From NCBI GenBank assembly GCA_964512995.1, contig CAZELM010000009.1, positions 21,510-85,509 on the forward strand: a stretch of 64,000 nt of DNA, read 5' to 3'. The position numbers were made by a program, and so were the translations under genes. This DNA comes from an uncultured bacterium. Its GTDB lineage: Bacteria; CSSED10-310. Positions 10,377-21,533 of this stretch are shown here, one piece after another. Each line of letters opens with the position of its first letter. The stretch's first letter is position 1. The notes beneath the pieces are model-generated. The model was not told the DNA's origin and did no database searches. It saw only the letters and a list, made by a program, of their open reading frames with translations.

Positions 10377-12854
10377 TTAAAGCATTGTTCCCATGGTGAA
10401 CTGGAAATCATTCCTGCTTTCACCTTCATAGGGATCCAGATTATATCCCCAGATAAACCGTAACGGAATATAGAATCCCGGAACCAGGAACCGGACCTCC
10501 ACACCAACACTGGGGCGGAGTGTTCTTATATCAAAGGGGTCTTTCGCTATATAAGTATCACCTGCATCTGCAAAAAGTACTGTTTTCAATGGACCGGCAA
10601 TCGGGATTTGGATTTCTGATCCGAAAAGAAGTGATTTGTTACCTCCGAGGTTTTGACCATATTCATCCCATGGGCCGATCGATCGTTCCCGATATCCTCT
10701 GACAGTCATTGGTCCGCCCAATCGGAAGCGTTCATAGAATGGTAATTCCTGCCCATTCATGCCATTGGCATAATTCACTTCGCTTCTCAGTGCAAAAACT
10801 AAATTTTTAGGGAGTCGATGATAAAAGGACCAGGAAAAATTTGATTTATAAAAATCGTTTTCCCCTCCCAAAAAACTTCCAGCGAATTCGAATGAAGCGG
10901 AGGCATGGTTCCCTTTGGTAGGATCCATCCGATTATCGAGGGTGTCCCGAATCAGAGTTGCTGTTAAACTGGAAGTAATCTGATCACCTTTGAGATCCTT
11001 GATCTCCTGTTCGGCGTTATCATCAATATTATATACTGTATTGACTTCGTATTTATACCCAAGCCGAGCGGACAGGTTATATTTGAGCGAACGTCCACCG
11101 ACAAGGCTTCCACCGATGCTGCGTCTGTCAGAATAGTCATAATCACGGGATGAGTTCCAGAGAGAAATAGAGCCATAATAGGGTCTGTCAAAGATCCATT
11201 CATCGGAAAATGAGACCTGGAATGTCTTTGTTCTTTTTCCAGCCGTCCCAGAAATGCTGAACTCCTGACCCCTGCCAAAAAAATTGTGTTCCGAAAGCCC
11301 CAACGTCCCATAAAATTTATCATACCCGGAATAGCCACCTGCGAGCTGAATCTCTGTTTGTTTGTTGTCTGTGTGAGTGATGATGACATCAACCTGTGAT
11401 GGATCTACTTGGGGGATTACTTGTGGTACAACATCATCAATATAGCTGAGATATTGAATCCGTGCGATTGATTGTTTGACCAGCGCTGTGTTGAAAATAT
11501 CTCCTTCGAGAAGCATAAAATTTCGACGTAATACGCGATCCCGTGTTCTGCTGTTACCGGCAAATTCGAGGCGATGTAAAAATGCGGGTGTCCCTTCAAT
11601 CACTGTGAATGTGATATCGACGATCTTGTTGATATCATCGATCTCCTTTACAGGATCGATATTGGCATAAATGTATCCCCGGCTTCCATACAGGTCCGAT
11701 ACTTGTGTGATGGCTTCGGTTTCCAACTCCAAGGAATATTCCTTTCCTTTTTCGAACCGTGGTCCAGCCCTGAAGAACGCGGATCCTCCGAGGATTTTCT
11801 GGATTTTTTCCAGCCGGGTACTTTTGACGATATTCAATACGAGATCCGAAGTGAAGATTTTTTCATCGGATACCTTGGCGGTGATCTCCCCCAGACGGTA
11901 GATCTCTCCTTCGTTGATATGCAAAACAATGGTAATTTTCTGCTTTTTTTTGTGAGCTTTTTTCGGATCGGGTTTTTCGACGATAATCTCTGGATCATCG
12001 ATCGACACCCGCAGATAACCTTTATTTTTATAAAAATCTTCTATCGCTTTGATGTCATCCTGTAACAGATCCTCTTTTATCGTTCCACTGCTGGTGATCC
12101 ATGAAAACATCCAGTATTCACGGTTTTCCTTCATTTTGGAGCGCAATCCCCAGAATCGATTCCCTGCGGTGAATGCTTTAACGCCAGTAAATTTGATATC
12201 TTTGATTTTTATCTTATCACCTTCATCGATTGCAAAAACCAAAGATGCAGTACCTTTTCGTACTGCTGATAGCCTGGGAATGATCATGGCGTACTGGTAT
12301 CCACGTTCGCGGTATTTGTTTTCCAGTTTGTTGATGCTTTCATTTACCTTCACAGGATCATAGCGATCACCGGATTTGATCGTTAATTCATCATTCAGAG
12401 TAGTCTGTGAGATTTTTTTGTATCCAGACAAGACGATATCGGTGATAATGGGGCGTTCATCGACGATAAAAGTCAATGATACACCTCCTTCGACCTTGTC
12501 AATACTCACGGAGATATCATTAAAGAAGCCTGTCTTGTAAAGTGTCCGAATGTCTCTCCGAACTTGAAATGGATCGATGGGTTCTCCGATTTTTGATTTG
12601 ATACTGAACTGAATTGTATCAGTTTCAATTCCCTGATTCCCAGTGATATGGATTTCCTTGAGTGGCTGTAGCTTTAGTTCAGCGAAAACATCACTTCCTG
12701 CCATCATATAAATCAGGCTAATTACGATGCTGAAATATTTATATTTTTCAGGTAGCAAAGGAAATCCGATCACCTCTGAGAATGTTGCCTTGGGGATTAC
12801 AGGGATCCCATTCAATCGCGGATCAAGTTTAGGTTCAGAATCATGAACCGTCAA
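10377..12854 (-). CDS. bamA: Outer membrane protein assembly factor BamA
   Basis: POTRA repeats, GNSRTRDRVLRR, VRGY, C-terminal FQFTMG strand. Confidence 0.95.
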   Translation of the reverse strand: MTVHDSEPKLDPRLNGIPVIPKATFSEVIGFPLLPEKYKYFSIVISLIYMMAGSDVFAELKLQPLKEIHITGNQGIETDTIQFSIKSKIGEPIDPFQVRRDIRTLYKTGFFNDISVSIDKVEGGVSLTFIVDERPIITDIVLSGYKKISQTTLNDELTIKSGDRYDPVKVNESINKLENKYRERGYQYAMIIPRLSAVRKGTASLVFAIDEGDKIKIKDIKFTGVKAFTAGNRFWGLRSKMKENREYWMFSWITSSGTIKEDLLQDDIKAIEDFYKNKGYLRVSIDDPEIIVEKPDPKKAHKKKQKITIVLHINEGEIYRLGEITAKVSDEKIFTSDLVLNIVKSTRLEKIQKILGGSAFFRAGPRFEKGKEYSLELETEAITQVSDLYGSRGYIYANIDPVKEIDDINKIVDITFTVIEGTPAFLHRLEFAGNSRTRDRVLRRNFMLLEGDIFNTALVKQSIARIQYLSYIDDVVPQVIPQVDPSQVDVIITHTDNKQTEIQLAGGYSGYDKFYGTLGLSEHNFFGRGQEFSISGTAGKRTKTFQVSFSDEWIFDRPYYGSISLWNSSRDYDYSDRRSIGGSLVGGRSLKYNLSARLGYKYEVNTVYNIDDNAEQEIKDLKGDQITSSLTATLIRDTLDNRMDPTKGNHASASFEFAGSFLGGENDFYKSNFSWSFYHRLPKNLVFALRSEVNYANGMNGQELPFYERFRLGGPMTVRGYRERSIGPWDEYGQNLGGNKSLLFGSEIQIPIAGPLKTVLFADAGDTYIAKDPFDIRTLRPSVGVEVRFLVPGFYIPLRFIWGYNLDPYEGESRNDFQFTMGTML

Positions 12855-12888
12855 GATAATAAGAAAATTTTTTCCGAGGCGTTGTTTT

Positions 12889-15351
12889 TTAATCGGCAGA
12901 GTTTTCTGGTGTGGCTAAGGCTGGTATTTCTTTTTGATTCGATTCGAAGTGTAATTTATCATCTCTGACATAAATACGGATTTTGTTTTCCTCGAATTTC
13001 ATTGATTGTCGTAACATTTCTTCAGAAATCGGCTCTTCGATGAATTTTCGAATCGTCCGTTTCACGGGACGAGCTCCATATGCAGGATTGTAGCTTTTTT
13101 CGGTTAACCAGTCTTTGGCATCCTGCCCAAGGATGATCTCGATACCGATCGATTTCATCTGCTGGCTCAATTTTTGGACATTTAACTCGACGATTTTTGA
13201 AATCTGTTCTTTCGTAAGCTGATGAAAAACAACAATTTCGTCTACTCGATTGAGGAATTCGGGATTAAATACGTGTTTGACTTCCTGAAGAATGATCTCC
13301 TTCATTTTTTCATAAGCGATGATCCCTGTCATCGTTGATGTGTTGAATCCGAGAGCTGTGCCTTTTTTGATAAATTGAGCACCGATATTGGAAGTCATGA
13401 TCAGAACACTGTTTTTGAAATCCACCTGACGGCCCATCGAGTCTGTCAGGTGCCCATCCTCCATGACTTGAAGCAGGATATTGAAAACCTCAGGGGAGGC
13501 TTTTTCTATTTCATCCAGGAGCACAACTGAATAGGGTCGGCGACGAATTTTTTCAGTCAGTTGGCCTCCTTCACCGTATCCAATATAACCGGGCGGTGAT
13601 CCGACCAAGCGGGAAACGGAGTATTTTTCCATGAACTCGGACATATCTATCGTCACCATTGCCTTTTCGTCCCCAAACAGGAATTCAGCCAAAGTGCGTG
13701 CCAGTTCCGTTTTTCCGACTCCTGTTGGTCCGAGGAAGATGAATGATCCGATTGGTTTTTTCGGATCTTTCAGGCCTGCTCGGGACCGCCGGATTGCCTT
13801 GGTCACAACTGAGATCGCTTCATCCTGCCCCACGATCCGGCGATGCAGGTCGGTTTCCATGTTCATCAAGCGCTCTGCTTCCGTTTCTTCAAGTTTTTTC
13901 AATGGAACTCCAGTCCATTGGGCGACGATCTGAGAGATATCTTCCGATGTCACAACGACTGGTTGTTCATTCTGCCTGCGTCGCCAGATAGTCCGGATTT
14001 TTTCTGCTTCGATGCGCAGTCGGCTTTGCTTTTCTTTCAGATCTTTGATCAGTTCGAAATCATGGTTCGCCAATGCCGACTCCACCCGTTTTTCAATTTT
14101 GGAGATTCGTTCATCCAGGATTTTCAGCGAAGGGGGTATTTTTGATGCAGCCAAACGACACCGAGAGCCTGCTTCATCAATCACATCAATCGCTTTATCA
14201 GGAAGGTTTCGGTCCGTAATATATCGATCGGACATTTGAACTGCCATCAGGATGGCATCATCCGTGTAACATGCATTGTGATGGTCTTCATATTTATGTT
14301 TCAGTCCCTGAATGATCTTGATCGTTTCGGGAACAGATGGTGCATTCACGAAAATGGGCTGAAATCGGCGTTCCAGAGCTCCATCTTTTTCAATGTGTTT
14401 TCGGTATTCGTCCATTGTGGTTGCACCAATACACTGGATTTCACCCCGGGACAAGGCAGGTTTGAGCATATTCGAGGCGTCAATCGACCCTTCTGCAGCA
14501 CCAGCTCCGACCAGAGTATGCAACTCATCGATAAAGATGATGATCCCCCGGGATTGTTGAAGTTCTTTGATAACGGCCTGTAAGCGTTCTTCAAATTGAC
14601 CTCGATATTTCGTTCCGGCAACGAGTGCTGCGAGATCGAGACTGATTATCCGCTTGTCTCCCAGAATTTCGGGGATATCACCGGTAACGAGTCTCTGAGC
14701 GAGTCCCTCGACAATGGCGGTCTTCCCTACTCCAGGTTCACCGATCAGCACGGGATTGTTTTTCTGTCTGCGACACAAGATTTGAACGACGCGTTCGATT
14801 TCGGTAGCCCGTCCGATGACCGGATCCAGTTTGTTTTGTTCTGCGAGTTCAGTGAGATCTCGTCCAAATGCATCCAGGGCTGGAGTCTGAGATTTTTCGC
14901 GAAGCTTGCTTTTGGGGGGGTTCAGAAGATCCCGAATGACTTCACGAAGTGATTCGATCGTGATGCCGGCCTCTCGAAGTAATTTACCGGCCAATCCGGA
15001 TTTTTCAGTAACCAATCCGAGAAGCAGATGTTCTGTTCCGATGAAGCGCTGTGCCAGATCTTTCCCCTCCAGAACAGCATACTCCAGAACCTTTTTTGCC
15101 AGATCTGAAAAAGGTATCTCGTGTTTAAAAAGCTTTGTTTTCCCAATAGTAATTCTTCTCTCGATCTGCATCTGGAGCGTTTGAGGGCTGATGTTTAACT
15201 TACGGAGTGCCCGGATAGCCATGCCCCCGCCTTCCTTGATCAGACCGAGCAGCAGATGTTCTGTGTCAAGTTGATCGTGCTGCAGTCTCTCGGCTTCACT
15301 CTGAGCCAGCATTATCACCAATCGAGCACGATCGGAAAACTTATCGTACAT
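12889..15351 (-). CDS. clpC: ATP-dependent Clp protease ATP-binding subunit, ClpC type
   Basis: Two Clp-N repeats, GEPGVGKT and GPTGVGKT Walker A motifs, UVR-like middle coil, LGF ClpP-docking loop; ATG 15351 follows a GGAAGGGAG RBS. Confidence 0.92.
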   Translation of the reverse strand: MYDKFSDRARLVIMLAQSEAERLQHDQLDTEHLLLGLIKEGGGMAIRALRKLNISPQTLQMQIERRITIGKTKLFKHEIPFSDLAKKVLEYAVLEGKDLAQRFIGTEHLLLGLVTEKSGLAGKLLREAGITIESLREVIRDLLNPPKSKLREKSQTPALDAFGRDLTELAEQNKLDPVIGRATEIERVVQILCRRQKNNPVLIGEPGVGKTAIVEGLAQRLVTGDIPEILGDKRIISLDLAALVAGTKYRGQFEERLQAVIKELQQSRGIIIFIDELHTLVGAGAAEGSIDASNMLKPALSRGEIQCIGATTMDEYRKHIEKDGALERRFQPIFVNAPSVPETIKIIQGLKHKYEDHHNACYTDDAILMAVQMSDRYITDRNLPDKAIDVIDEAGSRCRLAASKIPPSLKILDERISKIEKRVESALANHDFELIKDLKEKQSRLRIEAEKIRTIWRRRQNEQPVVVTSEDISQIVAQWTGVPLKKLEETEAERLMNMETDLHRRIVGQDEAISVVTKAIRRSRAGLKDPKKPIGSFIFLGPTGVGKTELARTLAEFLFGDEKAMVTIDMSEFMEKYSVSRLVGSPPGYIGYGEGGQLTEKIRRRPYSVVLLDEIEKASPEVFNILLQVMEDGHLTDSMGRQVDFKNSVLIMTSNIGAQFIKKGTALGFNTSTMTGIIAYEKMKEIILQEVKHVFNPEFLNRVDEIVVFHQLTKEQISKIVELNVQKLSQQMKSIGIEIILGQDAKDWLTEKSYNPAYGARPVKRTIRKFIEEPISEEMLRQSMKFEENKIRIYVRDDKLHFESNQKEIPALATPENSAD

Positions 15352-15401
15352 GTATGAACTCCCTTCCACTCATCATGTTGTTACCATGACGTGTGACGTT
15401 A

Positions 15402-16088
15402 TCATGTTTTTTCAACCGGTTCCACCTTCCCATCAGTCATTTTCATCCACCGGTGTGAAGCCCTGGCTAAATTCAGATTATGTGTCGCTACGATAAAACT
15501 CACCTTGAATGTCTGATTCAATCGGCAGATCACATTAAAAACCATTTTACCGGTTTCTTCATCTAAATTGCCAGTCGGTTCATCTGCTAGAATGAGACTC
15601 GGATTGCCAACCATGGCTCGTGCAAGCGCAATCCGTTGCTGTTCTCCACCCGATAATTCCGGCGGCCGATGATTCCGCCGATTCGAGAGACCGACTACTT
15701 CTAAAAGTGATTCTGCTTTTTTCATGCTTTGCCTTGTTGATGCTGAGCTGATCAGCAGGGGCATCGCGACATTTTCTACGGCTGTAAACTCAGGAAGCAG
15801 GTGATGAAATTGAAAAACCATGCCTATCGATTTATTTCGATATTGAGCCAGTTCCATGTCAGTCAATGATGATAGCGGTTTACTTTGAAAGTAGACCTCT
15901 CCGAGGCTCGGGCGATCCAGTCCGCCGATCAGATGTAATAAGGTCGATTTGCCAACGCCTGATGCTCCAGTCAACGCGAGAATCTCTCCTTCCGACATAT
16001 CAAAATTGACTCCCCGCAAAACCTCAACATGGTTAGTTCCTGTTGTATATGTTCGAAAGAGATTTTGTACACTCAAAAGGCTATTCAT
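15402..16088 (-). CDS. lolD: Lipoprotein-releasing ABC transporter ATPase
   Basis: [40 protein letters not shown]. Confidence 0.93.
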   Translation of the reverse strand: MNSLLSVQNLFRTYTTGTNHVEVLRGVNFDMSEGEILALTGASGVGKSTLLHLIGGLDRPSLGEVYFQSKPLSSLTDMELAQYRNKSIGMVFQFHHLLPEFTAVENVAMPLLISSASTRQSMKKAESLLEVVGLSNRRNHRPPELSGGEQQRIALARAMVGNPSLILADEPTGNLDEETGKMVFNVICRLNQTFKVSFIVATHNLNLARASHRWMKMTDGKVEPVEKT

Positions 16089-17337
16089 ACCGAATTGCCT
16101 CCACCGGATTCAAACGTGCAGCCTGACGGGCAGGATATATTGTCGCGATAAAACTGATAAAAAGAGATGCTGAACAGATCGCTATAACATCCGTAACCTG
16201 TATCCTGAACGGCAGATAACTGATATAATAAACCTCCTGTTGGAGCCGTATCAATTGAAAAGTATCTGCGATCCAACTGATCGTCGTTCCAAACACACAT
16301 CCCAGAACAGTACCAACAAGGCCAATTATGATCCCCTCGGTCAGGAAAATCAAGCGGATGCTGTTATCCGTAGCTCCCATGGCTTTCAAAATTCCGATAT
16401 CCTTGTGTTTTTCCATGACCATCATCGTCAGAGAACTGATAATATTGAAAGATGCCACAAAGACAATTAACGTCAATATAATGAACATCGCCAGTTTTTC
16501 CAGCTTCAAAGCCGAAAAAAAAGCCCGGTTCATTTCTTTCCAGTCTCGGATAAAAAATCGGTTCCCCAGAATATGATGCAACCGATCCAGTATCTGAGAT
16601 GTTTCAAAAATATTGACGACTCTGATCTCAAATCCATTGATTCCACTCTCAATACCCAACAAATTCTGAGCCGCTTCCAGAGTGACATAAGCCATCGTAC
16701 TATCGTATTCATACATACCGGATCTGAAATAGCCGACAACTCGGTAGGTTTTTGATTTTGGAATCAATCCAACCGGAGTTAATCGATCAGCGGGAGACAT
16801 CAGGCTAACCAGATCTCCGACCTTGGCTCCCAGATTGGACGCCAATTCCAATCCGAGCACGATTCCTTCTTTGGGAAGCGGTGTTCCGTTTTCATCGGTT
16901 TTTTCAGGTAATTTGATGAGATCTTCGACTGACCCTCGCACCATATATCGCCTCAGATCGATAGTACCTTCCGGTGTAATATGGAGTCCTTTGAGAATGA
17001 TACCATCCGATCGATGCTCATGAGAGATCATCACTTTGCTGTATATAAATGGCTCGATTTCCTGAATTCCATTCACCTGTTTGATCTGGTCCATTACATT
17101 GTCAAAGTCAGGTATCCGGTCCTGCTGATCATTGGGGACGATCACGATATGAGCATTCGTCCCGAGAATTTTATCACGCAAATCCTCCTCAAATCCGGTC
17201 ATGACAGCCAGGACAATGATCAGAGCACCGACTCCAAGCGCTACTCCAAAGATCGAGATGAATGTGATAATAGAAATCATTGTCTGTTTCCGTCTGGCTC
17301 TCAGATATCTCAAGCCTATAAAATATTCAAATCGCAT
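16081..17337 (-). CDS. lolE: Lipoprotein-releasing ABC transporter permease LolC/E
   Basis: [52 protein letters not shown]. Confidence 0.9.
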   Translation of the reverse strand: MRFEYFIGLRYLRARRKQTMISIITFISIFGVALGVGALIIVLAVMTGFEEDLRDKILGTNAHIVIVPNDQQDRIPDFDNVMDQIKQVNGIQEIEPFIYSKVMISHEHRSDGIILKGLHITPEGTIDLRRYMVRGSVEDLIKLPEKTDENGTPLPKEGIVLGLELASNLGAKVGDLVSLMSPADRLTPVGLIPKSKTYRVVGYFRSGMYEYDSTMAYVTLEAAQNLLGIESGINGFEIRVVNIFETSQILDRLHHILGNRFFIRDWKEMNRAFFSALKLEKLAMFIILTLIVFVASFNIISSLTMMVMEKHKDIGILKAMGATDNSIRLIFLTEGIIIGLVGTVLGCVFGTTISWIADTFQLIRLQQEVYYISYLPFRIQVTDVIAICSASLFISFIATIYPARQAARLNPVEAIRYE

Positions 17338-17381
17338 ATCGATTCTTTCGTGTTCGTTCCAGATGGTCTGAATGGTAAAGG

Positions 17382-18495
17382 TTAACGGGCATGACGCAGA
17401 TAGGCTTCGATAAAATCATCCAAATCCCCGTCTAAAAAGTCATCCACTTTTCCAGTTTCCATATCTATCCGATGGTCTTTGATCATGCGGTAAGGATGCA
17501 GGACATAGGAGCGAATCTGGCTTCCCCAGGCAATATCCTTCTTTTCATTCTCCACTTTTTTTCTTTCCTCTTCCCTCTCGTTCATCTTCAGATCATAGAG
17601 CCGAGCTTTCAGAATCTTCATTGCAATATCCCGGTTACGGTGTTGTGATCGTTCATTTTGACATGAAATGATGATTCCAGTGGGAATATGAGTCACTCGG
17701 ACTGCCGAGTCAGTCGTATTCACGCCTTGTCCTCCAGGTCCGCTCGCACGGAAAACATCGATCCGTATATCGCTGGGATTGATTTCGATTTCAATATCCT
17801 CTTGTATCTCCGGATATACAAAAACGGAGGCGAATGATGTATGGCGGCGTGAGTTGGCGTCAAATGGCGAGATTCGGACCAGCCGATGCACGCCAATCTC
17901 CGCTTTCATATAGCCATATGCATAGCCGCCGGCAATCAGGAATGTGGCGCTTTTGATTCCAGCTTCATCACCCGGCTGAAAATCCAGCATCTCAAATTTG
18001 AATCCACGTCGTTCAGTCCAGCGGGTATACATACGCAGAAGCATTTGCGCCCAATCCTGGGACTCCGTTCCACCTGCACCGGAGTGAATGCTCACGATTG
18101 CATTGGCACTGTCGTGTTTCGCGCTAAACAGTGTTTCAAGGTCATATCGGGAGAACCGCTTCTCAAATACCCGAAGTGACTCTGATAATTCCAAATATAA
18201 CTCTGGATCAGTGTCTGATAATTCATCCAATACTTTAAGATCATTCCATTCCGTGTGAAATTGTGTCCAGCATTCGATAATCTTGGCCAGGTCAGCGCGT
18301 TCTTTTGTCACCAATCTAGCATTTTGTGGATTGTTCCAGAAATTCTCATCACTGATTTTTTTATCCAGTTCTTCTATTTTCATTCGTTTGCCAGCGATGT
18401 CAAAGACGCCTCGCAATATTAAAGAGATTGGATTCAAAGTCAGCCAGTGATTTCTGGATCGTTTTTTGTAGTGTCCTCAGTTCATCGGTGTTCAT
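17382..18495 (-). CDS. prfB: Peptide chain release factor 2, with programmed +1 frameshift after codon 31
   Basis: ATG 18495 opens 31 codons ending CTT TGA C (18405-18399), preceded by SD-like GAGGCG; the +1 frame carries SPF (RISPFD) and GGQ motifs. Confidence 0.95.
18399..18412 (-). promoter_or_regulatory. prfB programmed ribosomal frameshift site
   Basis: Minus strand reads GAGGCGT CTT TGA C. Confidence 0.93.
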
Positions 18496-20062
18496 ACGAA
18501 TCTCCTTTCATTCGTTTCTTTGAATAAATAACGAGCATGATTCCATAACAACAACTGATTACAAGACAAGCTTGTGCAAAAATATCTCCGAAGAGAAGGT
18601 AGAATGATGTTTCATTTCCCAGATGGACATCGCTTGTCAATGCTGTCGCATCGAACAGTGTCGATTGTGTAAGGATTCGTCCTCGCGTATCAACAGCTCC
18701 AGAGAATCCCGTATTGGCCGATCGAATAACAGGGCGCCGAGTTTCGACAGATCTGAAACGGGATGCGGAGAAATGCTGATATGCTGCGGAACTCCGACCA
18801 AACCATGCGTCATTGGTGATATTGCAGATCATATCAGCGTTCCGGCAAACCCGCTCCCGAACTAGATCCGGAAATATGTTTTCATAGCAAATTGTCATGG
18901 CGATCGATGCTTTGGGATGCCGAAACGGTTCAGGGGAGTTTCCTGGGACAAAATCCCCGATGGATTCCTGTACCATGCGGTTTACAAAAAACAAAATCCT
19001 GGATAATGGGACATATTCACCGAATGGAACAAGGTGTTCTTTATTATAGTATTGTTCAAACCCTTCAGGGGAGATAAACACCGCACTGTTGAATACATGA
19101 TCGTTGAGTCGATCTAGTGTTCCGGCAATAATCGGTGCTTTAGCCTGAGAGACGAGTTTTTGAATTTTGAAGCCGGGTGACTGATTCACATCTTTGGAGT
19201 AATTCCATGCATATCGATAATACAGAGGCAAAGCGGATTCAGACCACACAATGATATCTGGGTTCTGAGGCAGTTGGCTTTGTGTCAGAACAATGTGATC
19301 ATCCAGAATTTTATCAATGTTCGCTGGATCCCATTTCATGTTGAGATCGACATTTCCCTGAACAATGGTAACGCGGCAGGAAGGACCAGTCTCGGGTTGG
19401 GTGGTCCGGAAAAATCCGTAAAGCAGCATCATTCCCAACATGATACCTGCTATTACCAATTCCCGTCTCCAATGCATGTTCTGAGATGGCAGGAATAGTC
19501 CTGATCCAGCGCACCCAACGGCAACGATGATGAAAGAAATTCCGTAGAATGACCCCCAATCCGCATTTTGCAGAAGAATGAGCACAGAATGCTGGGATTG
19601 TCCCAGAGAGTTCCAGGGAAATCCGGTCATCAGGTGCGCCCGAAGGTATTCTCCAGCCACCCATGTAAAGGGGAGTGTGATAAACCATGAATAATTCAGA
19701 TGCAGTTTCAGGTAAGCTGATAATGTGAATGCACCAGCCGGATAGATCGCACAATAACCTGCCAGAAAACTCAGTAAAATCATGCTGGTCCATCTGGATA
19801 GTCCACCATATTCCATCATGGAGTTCGTTACCCATGCCAAACTGATCAGAAAACTGGCAAATGCAAAAAGCCATCCTCGTAAAAAGGTCTGACTGGGTGG
19901 AATGAGTGCAATTTGATAAAGGATCAGGATCAGTGAGAGCCATGCAAAAATCCAGATATCATAGAACGGGAATGACAATGCGAGCATCACTCCTGCAACA
20001 CATGGAAGTATCCATGCCGATATCCGGTCATACCATTCCCTAGTCAGTTTGATGCTTCCCAT
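18482..20062 (-). CDS. lnt: Apolipoprotein N-acyltransferase
   Basis: Multiple TM helices, GFPW, WSES, YNKEHLVPFGEY, ICYE, NDAWFG, RSANTG. Confidence 0.95.
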   Translation of the reverse strand: MGSIKLTREWYDRISAWILPCVAGVMLALSFPFYDIWIFAWLSLILILYQIALIPPSQTFLRGWLFAFASFLISLAWVTNSMMEYGGLSRWTSMILLSFLAGYCAIYPAGAFTLSAYLKLHLNYSWFITLPFTWVAGEYLRAHLMTGFPWNSLGQSQHSVLILLQNADWGSFYGISFIIVAVGCAGSGLFLPSQNMHWRRELVIAGIMLGMMLLYGFFRTTQPETGPSCRVTIVQGNVDLNMKWDPANIDKILDDHIVLTQSQLPQNPDIIVWSESALPLYYRYAWNYSKDVNQSPGFKIQKLVSQAKAPIIAGTLDRLNDHVFNSAVFISPEGFEQYYNKEHLVPFGEYVPLSRILFFVNRMVQESIGDFVPGNSPEPFRHPKASIAMTICYENIFPDLVRERVCRNADMICNITNDAWFGRSSAAYQHFSASRFRSVETRRPVIRSANTGFSGAVDTRGRILTQSTLFDATALTSDVHLGNETSFYLLFGDIFAQACLVISCCYGIMLVIYSKKRMKGDSYEHR

Positions 20063-20597
20063 GATCGACTTTTCTTAAGGCAGCAGGAAATTGAAAATCA
20101 GGATCGATCGCACGCGTATGACATCGGATGCACTGTTTTCGAATTTCACAAACACGGCATCTGGGAGTGATAGAGGATGTCGGAGCTTTTGAATGAGTGC
20201 CCGAAGGGCCGTGGCAAGATTCGCATCCGACTGCAGTTTCACTGACTCCGGTGATATGACACGCCGAACATCGGCCGATATGTGGCGGGGATTGGTACGT
20301 TTCATCAAAATGGTGTGCGTGTGGAGTATCTTTCCAGCGTTGATAAATTGAGGAGTGACATTGAATACACGTCACTGATCCGGAGTAGTAATCGTCCTGT
20401 CGAATCGTTATGTCCTGCTTAAATGTCAGTCCGTCAGACTGGAAATGATCAGAAGCGGAGTCTATTGTTTCGTTCGTCTGTATCGGCGTCTGAACCTTTT
20501 CAGTTGTTACTTGTGAATCGAACCGGTTGTGATCGTTCGGGAATTGATGGTTGAAGCAATGGCTCATTCCGAGAAGGCACAGGAATAACACAACCAT
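20040..20597 (-). CDS. Exported multiheme c-type cytochrome (c554-like)
   Basis: Signal-like N-terminus; four CxxCH motifs (CIQCH, CSACH, CESCH, CIRCH) plus one CxxC (CRVCE). Confidence 0.8.
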   Translation of the reverse strand: MVVLFLCLLGMSHCFNHQFPNDHNRFDSQVTTEKVQTPIQTNETIDSASDHFQSDGLTFKQDITIRQDDYYSGSVTCIQCHSSIYQRWKDTPHAHHFDETYQSPPHIGRCSACHITGVSETAVGCESCHGPSGTHSKAPTSSITPRCRVCEIRKQCIRCHTRAIDPDFQFPAALRKVDHGKHQTD

Positions 20598-20705
20598 GCC
20601 TTTAAAATGTTGTGTCTCCCTCGTGGGAGGGTGTGAGTAGGATTTATGAATGGTTGGGTTTTCTGTATCAGCTCGTTTAGAATAGTAAGTGTTTGTTTGG
20701 CTGAT

Positions 20706-20885
20706 TCATGAGTCGGGAATAATGGCTTGAACCGGGCAGTCTTTGACACACTTTGCACAATTGTTACAGGCAGATGTGATAATAACAAACCATTCTGTCT
20801 CATCACTCTCTTTGATCGCTCGTTCTGGACAGATATCTTCACAAATACCGCAGCCGATACATGATTCTGTAATCGTGTAAGCCAC
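20706..20885 (-). CDS. 2[4Fe-4S] ferredoxin, 59 aa (not in the ORF track)
   Basis: GGAGG RBS, GTG start; MAYTITESCIGCGICEDICPERAI...ACNNCAKCVKDCPVQAIIPDS with two CxxCxxCxxxCP motifs. Confidence 0.93.
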   Translation of the reverse strand: MAYTITESCIGCGICEDICPERAIKESDETEWFVIITSACNNCAKCVKDCPVQAIIPDS

Positions 20886-20954
20886 ATAGCCTCCGAAAGT
20901 CTTGAAAATCAGATTCTTGCAGAAAATTTTCCGTTTTGGACTGGATTTTCAGGA

Positions 20955-21176
20955 TTATACCGCTTCGACACCTTTGATATCAGGAATCAGTTCTTTTAGT
21001 TTTCGTTCGACACTCATACGGAGTGTCATGGCAGCACCCGGGCATCCTGAACAAGCTCCCCGAAGGCGAACTTTCACGATACCATCAATGACGTCAACGA
21101 GTTCTATATCTCCACCGTCCGATTGAAGCAATGGCCGAATCGATTCGTTCAATATTTTTTTTACCTGGTCTTTCAT
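20955..21176 (-). CDS. NifU/Nfu C-terminal domain protein (Fe-S carrier)
   Basis: IRPLLQSDGGDIELV, LRGACSGCPGAAMTL. Confidence 0.93.
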   Translation of the reverse strand: MKDQVKKILNESIRPLLQSDGGDIELVDVIDGIVKVRLRGACSGCPGAAMTLRMSVERKLKELIPDIKGVEAV

Positions 21177-21480
21177 TGTTTGTTCCTTTCCGATGTCGTT
21201 TCCACATCATGATACTCGCTGTGAATATCAAATCGACCTTCTATCGAGCATCTTTTACACAATGATGAATAGAAATGCAAATCTTTCCTGCGATCGATTT
21301 CGGCCTGATGTAACTAATCCTGTTTTGAAGAGCTATCCTGAAATTTTTCATGAACCAATTCAGTGTGAAATATGTTTCCGGTCTGTCATGGATTGAAGCA
21401 GCTTTAATGGAATTTCATGGCGAAAGCGACCGAATCTGGCTGATTGATGTTTGGGCAAGAGTTATTATTTCATTAACTCA

Positions 21481-21509
21481 TTGACCTTCATCGAAATTCA
21501 GTCTATAAA
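21481..21509 (+). promoter_or_regulatory. Sigma70-type promoter for 21534..22181
   Basis: TTGACC-N17-TATAAA. Confidence 0.65.
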
Positions 21510-21533
21510 TATTTATGTAGTGAGGGAAATTTT

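Noticed and set aside
20564-20887. 107-aa minus-strand ORF in the track
   Set aside because: Shadow frame; the overlapping frame 20706..20885 encodes a clear ferredoxin with a good RBS
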